A DNA stretch of 64,000 bases from the human T2T-CHM13v2.0 reference genome, Homo sapiens. The stretch lies in NCBI RefSeq assembly GCF_009914755.1, contig NC_060941.1; one strand, given 5' to 3'. The notes under the pieces were generated by a model. The model was not told the DNA's origin and searched no databases. It was given only the letters and a program-made list of their open reading frames with translations. Below, one piece after another: positions 1-13,429 of this stretch (the stretch's first letter is position 1; every line of letters begins with the position of its first letter). The position numbers and the translations under genes are program-made.

Positions 1-345
1 TTATATATTTGTCCTGCAGTTTTTTATTATTTTTTTACGAAAAGAGATCTAAGGGCCTTTAGGTGTCCATTGGCAAAGCTGATTTTATAAATATGTGTTT
101 CTTTTGCCTAGCATCTTTTCACATATTTGAAGATATATAGATGGGAAAAGAGCAGTAGGATGAAAAAGGGAGGTGAGAAGAATTCTTCGTAGAGAGCAAA
201 AACAGGTGAGGAAAGCAACTAGTGTAGCGGTTGGGATGACTTAACAATAGAGGGAAGGCACAGGTCAGAGAAGAAGGCAAGAGGAGGTGCCAACACCCGA
301 GGTTGGGAGGTGGACACCAAGCTGGCTCATGATGAAACAAGCTGG

Positions 346-502
346 CGTATTTCACTTGTAAATGTTTTTATAATATGCACTTTTCATTTTAACATCTCCA
401 AAATTAGGATGTTTCTTACAATTGTTTGCTTTTTATTTTTGTTAGTACATAAAATAATGGCACATTTACCATTAGTGGCATTTTACAGTTAATGAAATAT
501 GG
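346..502. mobile_element. MER104-like Tc2/mariner MITE
   Basis: Terminal inverted repeats CGTATTTCA...TGAAATATGG plus TA, and internal TTTTAACATCTC...GTACATAAAATAATGG. Confidence 0.65.
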
Positions 503-1611
503 TATAATTTTACATTGCTCACAAGGAGTATTGGCTGTGTTAGCCTGCTAGTTTACATTATGTGATCTGGCAGACAAATCAGTTTTTAAAAACATTCAGA
601 AACAGACTCAGCATTCAGGTGATTTGGACAACTGATTGATGTTATTCCAAAAGAAACCTCTCTCTAAGGTGATTCGTGTGAAACTAGCAACTTCTTTTTG
701 TAAAAGGTCTGCCACTGGATAGGCTGTGTTTGCAGTTGCCACAAATTCTGAATCAAAGGCAAGTAATCATTAGGTGGAAATCAAAGTAACCTTTCTCTAC
801 CCCTGTGATTTGAGGGGCTATTTCCCTGAAGCATGTGCAAATTATTTGTTAGGCAAGAACAACTTGTATGGCAACTTCTTAGCATTGCTTAGACAACATC
901 TCTGTACAGTTTGTGCCTCAGGTTCATCTCTGTTTTGTATTCTTGAGTCTCTTTGGAATTTTGACACAGCAATTGAGCTCTCAGACTTACTTATTTTACA
1001 AAATTGGGCATTTGAGTAAAAAGTGCCTCAACTTAAAAACTGTTCTTAAGTTTTCTTCTTTTGCTTTGGCTACTATAAAGCCCAGAGTCAAATGTGCACC
1101 CTCCTCAGTTAAGGGATGTAGAGTTTCTTAGCTTATGTTTTGGGTACAGACCACTTTCTCGGTCCCTTCACCCCCACTTCATAAGCTTCCTACCCATTTT
1201 TTCCCCCTTCCTCAAACCCTTATTCCTCCTCTTCCCGCACCCTTTAATCTTACACTGTATGCTTCTGTCTTAGCTACCTCCCGTCTGTTTTGGAATGGGG
1301 TGGGATATAGATAAAAGCTAAAAACGTCAACAGATAAAATCTATCTTTAAAAAACATTTACCCATACAGTGAAAAAAGCACATTGAAATGGTGAAGTGAA
1401 AAGCCCAGTTTTGTTGTCCTTTTTTTGTATATGTCTTAAATGAGGTGAGTTGTTTTGAGGAAAGGCGAATTTTGCTTTGCCAACATTTGTGATGGCTTTA
1501 GTGTGTTGGAGCTAAAAAGGATTGTGAGCTCTTTCAAGTTACTTCTAATTTAGAGACACTAGATTTTTAAAGAAAAGGATAATTAAAAATTTGGATAACT
1601 TTAAAAGATGG

Positions 1612-1961
1612 AGTTACTGTCAAAATACCAAAGACTAGGTAGCTTATAAACAACAAAAGTTTATTTCTCACAATTCTGGAGACTAGGAAGTCCAAGATCA
1701 AAGCTTCTGCAGATTTGGTGGCTGGTGAGGGCCCATTTCCTGGTTCATAGATGATACATTCTCAATGTGTTCTCATCTGATGGAAAGCAGAAGGCAGGTC
1801 TTTGGGGCCTCTTTTATAAACGGCACTAATCCCATTCATGAGGGCTTCACCTTCATGATATAATCACCTCTCCCAAGGTCCCACTTCCTAATACCATCAT
1901 ATTGGTGATTAGGATTTCAACATACAAATTTTCAGGGGACTCACACATTCAGTCCAAAGCA
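1612..1961 (-). mobile_element. MLT1A-type MaLR LTR
   Basis: TTTATTTCTCACAATTCTGGAGACTAGGAAGTCCAAGATCAA...CACATTCAGTCCAAAGCA, typical of MLT1 in reverse orientation. Confidence 0.75.
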
Positions 1962-2459
1962 GTTCCTGTTGATTAGCTGAAATAATGTGACAGAGCTGTA
2001 CTGTTTTCCAACAGAAAAGGTACTTTTAACTTTTCTGTTAGAAATTTTGATATTTTTCCTGAGACTGGAGAAGGTAAAAGAGTATCCCCATTTTTGTGCA
2101 TCTGTGTATTAAATTGGTATGTGAATAAAAGAGGACCTATGGTTTATAAAACAGTGAAAAACAAAGAAGTGGAGTAGAGAGGGTTAGTATCATTGGTTCA
2201 TGCAGTTTTTTAAACATCTGTCCTAATCTAACCAAATTAAGTGCAATGTAGTAATTGGACTTTTGTATTACCATATTTTGCCTCTCTTCCTATTTCTTCT
2301 GCCTCTGAAGTAACATTGCAGCTTGTAAGATTGACAATTATATTCAGTCTGATATAAGTAAAATTTGCTAATTTAATGCTGTGTGTCATGCCATGGTTTT
2401 TTTAAATTGATGTTTTCTTTAGTTAGTACCCGTGTCCCTTTTACTTTTTCCCTTTCTTT

Positions 2460-2527
2460 GCTTTGTACTTCTCTTTCTTTCTTTTTTTTTTTTTTTTTTT
2501 TTTTTTGGCTTTGTACTTCTCTTTCTT
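2460..2527 (-). mobile_element. Poly(A)-only insertion flanked by a 20-bp direct repeat (TSD)
   Basis: GCTTTGTACTTCTCTTTCTT at 2460-2479 and 2508-2527 surrounds T25. Confidence 0.7.
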
Positions 2528-2581
2528 AGACAAGGTACAAACCTCCTTTCCCTGCCTTCTTTCCTTCCCTTGTTTGCCACC

Positions 2582-2935
2582 TGTATTAGTCCGTTTTCAC
2601 ATTGCTGATAAAGACGTGCTTGAGACTGGGAAGAAAAAGAGGTTTAATTGGACTTGCAGTTCCATGTGGCTTGGAAGGCCTCAGAATCATGGTGGGAGGC
2701 GAAAGGCACCTCTTAACATGGTGGCGGCAAGAGAAAATGAGGAAGATAAAAAAGCAGAATCCCCTGATAAAACCATCAGATCTCATGAGACTTATTCACT
2801 ACCACGAGAACAGTATGGGGGAAACTGCCCTCATGATTCAAATTACCTCCCACCGGGTCCCTCCCACAACATGTAGGAATTATGGGAGTAGAATTCAAGA
2901 TGAGATTTGGGTGGGGACACAGCCAAACCATATCA
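2582..2935 (-). mobile_element. THE1 (THE1C-like) solo LTR, MaLR
   Basis: TGTATTAGTCCGTTTTCAC...CCAAACCATATCA, full length, with a 5-bp TSD CCACC/CCAGC. Confidence 0.9.
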
Positions 2936-4294
2936 CCAGCCCTGGAGGATAAAAGTCATTCCTGAGAATTAATTGTCTTGGAATACTTAAATTATAAACA
3001 ATTTCTAAGGCTATTAGGCATCTGATACTATCAGTTAATGCAAAACATTAATCTGGAGATAAAATTAGGCATCTTGATCAGTTTGATGCCGAGAATGCCA
3101 TTATATTAAACTTTGCATTAATATGGAGGGAATTAATAAGAAAATGTTTGGAAACTTTAGCTTCTTTTGCCAGTGGTGTGTTATAATTCTTTCATACTGG
3201 AAATAATAAACTAACTATAGATTTTCATGTTTTTATAGTATTAACCTTATTTTAAATTCCTATCATAGGTCTCTCTCATAAGTTTCGAAGAAAGAGTAAT
3301 TCTTTTTAACAAATATATAGATGCACAGAAAGTTCTGCTTCTTTCTCAAGCATGTTATAGTTATAGGAAAATATGAAACAATTCTTAAGAGGTTGTTCTT
3401 CCTTAAGGTATGCATTTGTTATTTCACCAATAAAAAGAATTCATAAAAAAAAAAGTGCTATCGATTGAAGCTTATAAATGCCTCTACTCATTCAATCAGC
3501 TAAAATTATGAAATGGTATACTGCTTTAATCCAGAAAGTACTGTACATTATTTTTTTCTCCCAGAAAACATATGTGATTATTTTCTGTAATGGCAGCTGA
3601 ATGGGGGTTTAGATCATTGCATATCCAGTAGGAGGAAATTAAAATTTAATTATCAGAAGGTTTCCTGAAATAACATGCCTTTTTTCAAGCATTGAAGTAA
3701 AAATGACTATAAACCTCTTTTGATTATATGATAAATTAGATCTTTTACCATTAAAAAAAATTAACAGATTTTATTTTTTAAGTCAGTTTTAGGTTTACAG
3801 CAAAATTTGGGAAGTACGGAGTTCCTGCCTATCTCCCCTGTGCCACACACACAGTCTTCCTCTTGGTAGCAATATTGAACCTGGCCCAGGAAATTGTTGA
3901 AGACTTTGTCGGGGGTCATTCCATCTGTGGCACCAGTAAATTCTGTCATTGTTATCTCTTTCTGCCAGGATTACTACACGTGTTCTCATTGTAGTTAGTC
4001 ACCTTATAGCCAGTTTCACCCACTTTCCATTTTACTTTGTGTTCATTTTCAGCCTTATTGGAAGATTAAATAAGATGATACATGTAGTGTGCCTAGTACA
4101 GTGCCAGACTCAGAGTAGTCAGTTTGGTTTATAGCACTCTCTCTGTAAACTACATGGTTTATAAACCATGGTTTATAGCACCCATTCTCTCAATTGTGAA
4201 TAAAGTTCATCTGTAGTCCTAGCAAGGCATTAAAGGACCCTTAAAAAAAAGACCTTAGCCTCCCTTCTCAGATTTATTGTACTCTTATGGATTC

Positions 4295-5462
4295 TTTTTA
4301 TTGTTAAAATAAAATTGACCATTGTAACCATTTAAAAATGTACAGTATAGTTGTGTTAACTATATGCACATTGTTGTGCAACAGATCTCTAGAACTTTTT
4401 CATCTTGCAAAACTGAAACTACCCATTGAATAACAACTTCCCATCCTCCCTATCAGCTCCTGGAAACCACAGTCTACTCTCTATTTATATTCATTTGACT
4501 ACTTTAGATACCTAAATAAGTGGAATCATGCAGTATTTGTCTTTTTGTGACTAGAATATTTCACTTAGCATGACATGCTCAATGTTCATCTATGATGTAG
4601 CATATGACAGGATTTCCTTTTTTAAGGCTGAATAATATTTTGTTGTATGTATATACCGTATTTTCTTTATTTATCCATTGATAGACAGATGTTTCCATCT
4701 CTTGGCTTTTGTGAATCTTGCTGTAATGAACAGATATGCAAATATCTCTTTGAGATCCTGGCTTCAATTCTTTTGGATATATGTCAATAAGTAGGGTTGC
4801 TGAATTATATGGTAATCCTATTTTTAAGTTTTTGAAGAGCCTTCATACTGTTTTCCATAGCAACTGGACCATTTATATTCGCACCAGCAGTATACATGGG
4901 TTCCATTATTTTCACATTTTTGCCAGCACATGTTATTTTATTGTATTCTATTTTTGATAGTGGCCATCCTAGCAATACCTCATTGTGGTTTTCATTTGCA
5001 TTTTCCTGATGATTAGTGAGGTTGAGCATCTTTTCATATGCTTGTTGGCCATTTGTGTATCTTCTCTTTTGCCCATTTTTAAAATCAGGTTATTTTGTTG
5101 TTGTTGAGTTGTCAGAGTTCCTTGTATATTCTAGGAAGTAAACATATATGATTTGCAAATATTTTTTCCCATTCTATAGGTTGCCTTATCACTCTGTTGA
5201 TTGTTTCCTTTGCTGGGCAAAAGTTTTTGAGTCCTGTTCATCTGTTTTTGCTTTTGTTGTCTGTGCTTTTGGTATCATATCCAAGAAATAATTGCCAAAT
5301 CCAATATCATGAAGCTTTTCCCCAATATTTTCTTCTAGGAACTTTATTGTTTCAGGTCTTATGTTTAGATCGTTAATCCATTTTGAGTTGATTTTTGTAT
5401 GTGATATAAGCTAAGGATCCAACTTCATTCTTTTCCATGTGGCTATCTAGTTTCCCCAATAT
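4295..5462 (-). mobile_element. Old L1 (L1MA/L1MB class), 3' UTR and ORF2 end
   Basis: AAGTGGAATCATGCAGTATTTGTC, TTTGCATTTTCCTGATGATTAGTGAGGTTGAGCATC and ATCCATTTTGAGTTGATTTTTGTAT are antisense L1 hallmarks. Confidence 0.85.
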
Positions 5463-5577
5463 TATTATTAACCTGCAGGTCAGCGACTTCAGATCTACAA
5501 ACTGCTGAAATTATGTGCAGTATTTTGTGCATGTTTGTGTGTGTGTATGTGTCTGTCATTTTTAAAGAAGAGCTTCC

Positions 5578-5838
5578 AGTCAGGCACCGTCGCTCATGTC
5601 TGTAATCCTGGCACTTTGGGAGGCCAAGGCAGGAAGATTGCTTGAGCCCAGGAGTTTGCGACCAGCCTTGGCAACATAGTGAGACCCTATCTCTACAAAA
5701 AATTAGGCCAGGCATAGTGGCTCATGCCTGTAATTCCAGCACTTTGGGAGGTTGAAACAGGAAGATTGCTTGAGCCCAGGAGTTCAAGACCAGCCTGGCA
5801 ACATAGTGAGAACCCCATCTCTACCAAAAAAAAGAAAG
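5578..5838 (+). mobile_element. Two tandem Alu left monomers (FLAM/AluJ-like)
   Basis: Two successive copies of GCTCATG-CTGTAA-CAGCACTTTGGGAGG...CCAGCCT-GGCAACATAGTGAGA...TCTCTAC(A)n at 5578-5705 and 5706-5838. Confidence 0.8.
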
Positions 5839-6307
5839 ATCATTAACTTTCATCAGATTCTGAAAGTGATTCCCAACCCTTACCCCCAAAGACTAGGACT
5901 ATGACAATCTGAAACAGGTAATTACTTAAATTTACTGTAATGCCTGGCTAGGGGAAATTGTGGTTATTATTGGTACAGAGCACGCTTATGAATGAAGGGT
6001 AAGTTCATGCTGCTCATGAAGTGAGAAACAGGATGGGACCAATATCGCGTGTAGCATTTGGAGGCATTGGAGCATTTGGAGTTTGTTTGCAGTTTCTCAT
6101 GGACAGGGTTAGCAGATCAGCTTAGTGCATAATCATGTCAAATATTTTGAAAATTTGTTGAAAACAGAAGACCAAACATCCAAAATGTTAGAACTAGCTG
6201 CTTCTAAAAGATTTATTCGGTGTAAGTTAATGTTTTTAATTGTGTGCCTTTTGTTCAAGGAGCTTAGTTCCTTGAAGTAATCAGTTTAGCTTTCAGATCT
6301 GATTGTG

Positions 6308-6597
6308 TTTTTTTTGAGACAGGGTGTTGCTCTGTCACCCAGGCTGGAGTGCAGTGGCCCATTCATGGCTCACTGCAGCATCAACCTCCTGGGCTCAATC
6401 GATCCACCCACTTCAGCCTCCTGAGCAGCTGAGACTACAGGCACATGCCACCACACCTGGCTTTTTTTTTTTTCTTTTGTAAGGACAGAGTTTCACCATG
6501 TTGCATAGGGTGGTCTTGAACTCCTGGGCTCAAGTGATCTACCTGCCTCAGGCTCCCAAAGTGCTCAGATTAGAGGCATGGGCCACCATGCCAGGCC
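6308..6597 (-). mobile_element. AluJ
   Basis: Full-length antisense Alu with J-type GGGCTCAAG motifs. Confidence 0.9.
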
Positions 6598-6605
6598 TAG
6601 ACCTG

Positions 6606-6818
6606 GTTTGTTTTTGTTGTTTTTGAGACAGGGTCTCACTTTGTTGCTTAGGCTGGAGTGCAGCGGCGTGCGTGATCACAGCTCACTTCAGCCTTGACCT
6701 TCCAGGCTCAAGTCTCCTGAGTAACTGGGACTACAGGTGTATGCCACATGCCCAGCTAATTTAAAAAAAAAAAATTTAATTTTTTTTAGAGATAGGGTCT
6801 CACTGTGTTGCCCAGACT
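6606..6818 (-). mobile_element. AluJ, partial
   Basis: Right arm plus part of the left arm, antisense. Confidence 0.8.
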
Positions 6819-7289
6819 CACTTTTTAATGAATAGGCGATAATGGTTGTATGTTTTTGGTAGGTGTTAGTAATTATAATACAACATTAAATAAATATTAG
6901 AAATGACAGTGTGTTCCATCTCCTGCCACCACTCTTTAGGAAAAAAAATAACAAATACAAATAAAAAGAACTGGAAGAAAGTCTCTTTCATTGTGGGGCA
7001 AGATTGACTAAAAGCTGACCTTTGAGCTTTATTACCTGAAGCCTCTGTTGTTAACCCTTCACATGGGCCAATGACGTGTACACTGGGGTAACAAAGGAAA
7101 TCAGGTTTTGTGTTCGTTTTAATGTTACCTGTTACCAGGTTTGCATTTGATATTGACATCTCCAAGCAAATTCCCTGTCCCTAAGAAAATCAACCTGCAG
7201 GAGCATGTGTTAGGAATGTTTTTATACCCCTCATCACTGAACACTTGTCAGTTGCCCAAAGGGACACTTCTCCTCTCTGAAATTCATGG

Positions 7290-7629
<340 letters not shown>

Positions 7630-9494
7630 TAAGTAACTCCTTAAATAGAAATGTTCCATCTGCAACTTATTAAGATTGGCTTCTTCTGACAGACCTGGCC
7701 AAAGAAAACAGCTTTCTGGGTAATCTTGTGTTTCAAAAACATTATTAGCTGTTAAAAGGGGGGAAAAGGGAGGGATGTGTGTGCTAGCATAACATAAAAC
7801 TTTCATTTGAGTTACCTGAATTATAAGGAAATACTTTGGCAAAATGCATCTTTATATGTCCCAGCAGCCTGAATGTGAGTTTCTGCTAATATGTTCATCC
7901 CCTTTTTATCAGTTCCCTTTGTCTGAAATTGGGGTGCCTCCCTGCCCTTGTGAATAGGAAGCTGGGAAAAAGAGTAGGTGGGGTTAAAAGGGAAGCACAG
8001 TCCCCTGTGTTTCCCGCAGATTTTCTTATTGCAGGATCAGTTTGGATTGTGAGCTGAAACTGAAGAGCAGAATTTAATGTTGACCTCTAAAGTTGATGCC
8101 CAAAAGGGTTTGTCTTCACTAAAGCCTGTCTTTTTGAATTGAGTAGAGTGCTTTTGGCTGTAAAAGCTTTGAAATGTAAACACTGAGGAAATAACATGTT
8201 TGTAATGTCTACGTAATATAACATATGCAGGTGCACATCTTAGAATTTTCTCACTTATCCTAAAAGATACCTAAATAGAAATTTAGGAGGAAATTTTTAG
8301 CCTTAAGAATTGGCTATACTATGTAGTCTAATGCCAAGGTTTCCACTGTGGCCCTTCCTAAAAAGTATTTTGGTTGGTCATAAAAACTGTATGCAGAGGA
8401 CTGTCTATTTGGAATAATAGTCACATGGTTTAGAAATAAGTAGAGTTTAAATTTACCTTTTCCCACACTGTTCTTATGATACCATTCCTTCTGCTGCTTG
8501 ACATGTGGAAATCAGCTTGTGCATTTGTTTTCAGTTATGAGCACCTGTGAAGCAGCTTGATCTGTAGAATCTAATTTTATTTGTTTAATTATTAGATGAA
8601 AAATTCTGGGTATCAGGATGGGTGTCTGTCCCTTTTGTATCTGTGACAGTGCCTAACATAGCACCTTGTAGGTGATTGATAAATATTTGTTGAATGAATA
8701 AACATGTATCATCCTTCTTTGAAAAATACATGAATTTGTGGAGACTTTGATTACTTTTTAACCAAGTATGTTTTTGGAACAGAGAAGAGTATTATTTACA
8801 TTATACTGATAAGATGTTGCTGTTATATCACATTCAGAAAGGCAAAGCTTCCTGTACTAGATTACATAGATTTAAAATATAGTGTCTGAGCCTTTGTAGT
8901 GAATGCTACCCAGGAGTTTATATCAGATGTCTAAGTTCCCAGCCCAGAACTCCTAAACCCAAGTCACAGCAGATAGAGACATCCATTTTTAAAAAGTTCT
9001 AACAGTAACTCTAATGGATTGAGGGTACATTTTATGATTTTTGTTGTTGTTGTTGGTTTATATGTTTGTTTTTAGTGTCAAAGAAACCATTCTTTGACAT
9101 GGATTTATAAATATTTGACATTTTGAACATAAGTCTTGTGAACATTGTTTTAAATCTCTGGCCATTCAATAGATGCTGCTTTATTTTTCTTTCAGAGGTG
9201 GGATTTTCGTAGTCCCAGCTAACCATGAAAATTCTTTGTATGACCCTTAAATAATATATAGGTATGAAGACACTATACAGAAGTAGCCACAGAGGAGTGG
9301 TTTAAGTTATGTTGAGTAGTCCTCAAAATCTCACCCCACTCCCACTAGATAGCAGACTTCCATGAGAACTGCTTGTGCCTACCACAAAACAATTATGAAA
9401 GGAATGAGCCATATCATGATACAGCTGTGAGGGCTGTGTGGAAGACCCATTAGCCCAGTATTCAAGAAGACTAAGGCCCACTTGAGTTAAGTAT

Positions 9495-9720
9495 AGTGGG
9501 TTTAACGCTGGACTCAGAGGTAGCAACCTAGCTTGCCTCCTAAATTCTGCATTTAATAGTTGCGTGACTATGAACACCTTCTTTTAACTACCTATGAGTA
9601 TTGTTTCCTCATCTGCAAAGTGAAAGTAAAAGACCCTACGTTACATGGTTATTGTAAAGATTAAATGAGATAGCCTTTGGTGTAAAATGGTTTAACACAT
9701 GGTAGGTAGTCAAAAAATGT
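9495..9720 (+). mobile_element. MIR
   Basis: Core TTTCCTCATCTGCAAAGTG...GTTATTGTAAAGATTAAATGAGAT. Confidence 0.65.
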
Positions 9721-9921
9721 TGCAGCACATACTTATTGATAACCTTCACTGGTTTATTAAGATGAAATAGGTTTCTTGAGTTAGGAAATACTGTTTTGTT
9801 AAGTGTCTAACTCAAAGTCTGAAAGCTAGTGAGTGATAGAATCAGGAACAGAAAGAACCCAGCCTCCTAAGTGCCAATCCAAAAAGAGGTGGTAATAGGA
9901 GTAAGTCTTCCAGGCTTCTGA

Positions 9922-10269
<348 letters not shown>

Positions 10270-10783
10270 CCTGTCCCTACCTTTTCTATTTTTTGCAGTA
10301 TTGTTCCATGCTGCGCAAAAGTTTGTGAAAAAACACAAATCAGTACATCAAGGTTCAGTATATGACTAATCTAATTTTAGCCATTAGAATCAGCTGTACA
10401 GTGTAGTCTAATGCCAAGGTTTCTATTGTGGCCCTTCCTAAAAAGTGTTTTGGTTGGTCATAAAAACTGTATGTAGAGGACTGTTTATTTGAAATAATAG
10501 TCACATGGTTTAGAAATAAGCAGATGGAACAGTCTATCTTTATTTCAAGTGCCCAAGATTTGTGATTCATCAGGTTAGGTAAAAATTATCACGTTTTATG
10601 CCTTTTGTCTCCCCACCCCAGCCCCTGGTGACACTATTCTGTTAGCACATGGAGTGAATAAAGTTTACATCAACCAGCAGAAAGGAAGTTTCCATTATCA
10701 TCCCCCAACCCAGAGCATTTTTTGGAGCATTCTTCACAAATAAGTAATTAAATTTAAACTTAAACAAGCGAAGAAAGTACATA

Positions 10784-11464
10784 CAGTCATGCACTGCATA
10801 ATGATGTTTCAGTCAATGACGGACCACATACACAATAGTGATCCGTTAAAATTATAAGAGCTGAAGGCTGGGCATGGTGGCTCACGCTTGTAATCCCAGC
10901 ACTTTGGGAGGCCGAGGTGGGTGCATCACTTGAGGCCAAGAGTTCAAGACAAGCCTGGCCAACGTGGTGAAACCCCATCTCTACTAAAAATACAAAAAGT
11001 AGCCAGGCGTAGTGGTGCGCAGCTGTAATCCCAGCTACTCGGAAAGGCTGAGACAGGAGAACCGCTTGAACCCAGGAGGCAGAGGCTGCAGTGAGCCAAG
11101 ATGGTGCCACTGCACTCCAGCCTGGATGACAGAGCAAGACCCAGTCTCAAGAAAAAAAAGAAAAAAGTAGAGCTGAAAGATTCCTATTGCCCAGAGACAT
11201 AGCCATCATAAAGTCATAGTGCAACACCATTACATTTTGGCTGTTTAGATCTGTTAGATACACAAATTTGTCACAGTAACATGCTGTACAGGTTTGTGGC
11301 CTAGGAGCAATAGGCTATACCGTATAGCCTAGGTGTGTAGTAGGCTATACCATCTAGGTTTGTGTAAGTACACTCTATGACATCTATGACATCATATGAC
11401 AAAAATCACCTAATGACGCATTTCTCAGAACATATCCCTGTTGTTAAGTGACACATGATGACTG
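10784..11464 (+). mobile_element. Tigger3-family DNA transposon interrupted by an Alu
   Basis: Begins TA|CAGTCATGCACTGCATAATGATGTTTCAGTCAATGACGGACC, contains internal TAGGCTATACCATCTAGGTTTGTGTAAGTACACTC, and ends ...GACACATGATGACTG. Confidence 0.8.
10866..11166 (+). mobile_element. AluS (Sx/Sz-like) inside Tigger3
   Basis: Full-length Alu with TSD AGAGCTGAA. Confidence 0.92.
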
Positions 11465-12157
11465 AAATTGCCACATTTTTCCCCCAAACCAGTAATACTT
11501 TTAAAAGGTAACTATAGTTTTTTTAAATCATGTATGTGTGTTTTAATAAATAAGACATTTACATAATTCAGAATTCAAAAGATACGAAAGGATTTACAAG
11601 TTTTTTGTTTCATCTATCTCCCAGTTACCAACTGTCACCCAGTTACCCCTCTCAGAGGCAAAGAAAAACAGGTTACTAGTTTCCTTTTAATGATCCTTGC
11701 TGGAAATCACATAACAATTCCTTTTATGTTCCATGGGCTAGAATTGAATAATATGGGCATAATAGCTGCAGAAGAAAAGGAAAATACTGTCTTTTAGTTG
11801 AATGCATTGCTACTTTGAAAAAAACTGAAGTTCTGTTTCTGAGGAAGCGTGAGAGAACATGCTACTAGATGGCATCTAGAAGTCTTTGCCTAAGATTAAG
11901 AGCTGATGTATACTCACCAATGATGTATGAAAATACAGTTTTATAGTATTATTGTTTTGTTATTTTTTAGCAAACCTACATAACTGAATTTTTATAAAGA
12001 TTTTGTTTTTTGCCTTAACTTTATTTTTTAAAATATTTTTAAATTTTTTTTCAAGATCTCATGAGGTTGCATTTCCTTCACTTTAATATCTAACTCCAGC
12101 ATAAGTCAGTATAAGTGACTCTGTGATGAGTCACATCTCATTTAAAATTGAGAGTTA

Positions 12158-12473
<316 letters not shown>

Positions 12474-13429
12474 GTTGATATTGAGTATATGGCAAACAAA
12501 ATAATTTTTATAAGGATTATGAGTGAATCTTTTGCTGTTAGATGGACAAAATAAATGAGTTTTCAGAGATAGTAAAGTTAACCTTACATTTATGTGAAAA
12601 TTACTACCACATTTCTAGCATGCTTAGAGTTTGTAATTTCAAATATTATCTGATTTAATTTTTTAACTTTTATATAGGCTGTCTATATGTGCCAAATTAG
12701 GGAAAATTTGGGAAATGTGGGTCAGAAATGAGTTAGAGCTATGTGTAGGTATTAACAAGTGGTATTTGAATTGGACTTGGTGAGAAAGATTTGGTTCTAG
12801 CTTGGTTCTTTTGAGTGTTTTATACTCAATCCTGAATATCAGAGATACTGTAGAAATGCTAATCATTCACCTTTATTGTATAGAGGGATGTAAATCAGAA
12901 TAGAAGATCATTATCTCGCCAATGGGAATATTTCAGCTAATGGAAATAGTAGATGGGGCTATGGTATAGAAACAGATTAGGTAAGAGCATACGGGCATAT
13001 TTGGGGAATAGCTATTGTCTAGTTTGTCAGTGGAGTAGAATATATGTAGAAGAGAAGGAAGATAAAACTAGAAACAGGGATTGGGCTTTGAATGTTAGGA
13101 AATTTGGATTTTATTTATTTTCTGTTCAAAATTTTGCTCCAAGTTTTTGAAAGTGACCTTGTTTGTATTGGATCAGTATGTTAGGTAGATGGTTAGCTTG
13201 GATGATTTCTAAGATTCCTTTTGGTCCTGTGAATCTGTAACCCATGATGAAGTTGGGCTTTAGACATGTCACCTCTTTGGTGTCATCATGAGAGATTTGA
13301 TAATCAGTCACAAAGTTTATAGCTTAATATGGTGAATGAGGTCACCAAAGGAGGAAAGGCTAGAGAAATAAAAAGGTTGAACTTTGAGAATGTCAGCATC
13401 TAGGGAGTGGTTCCCTCTCTTATTTTTCC

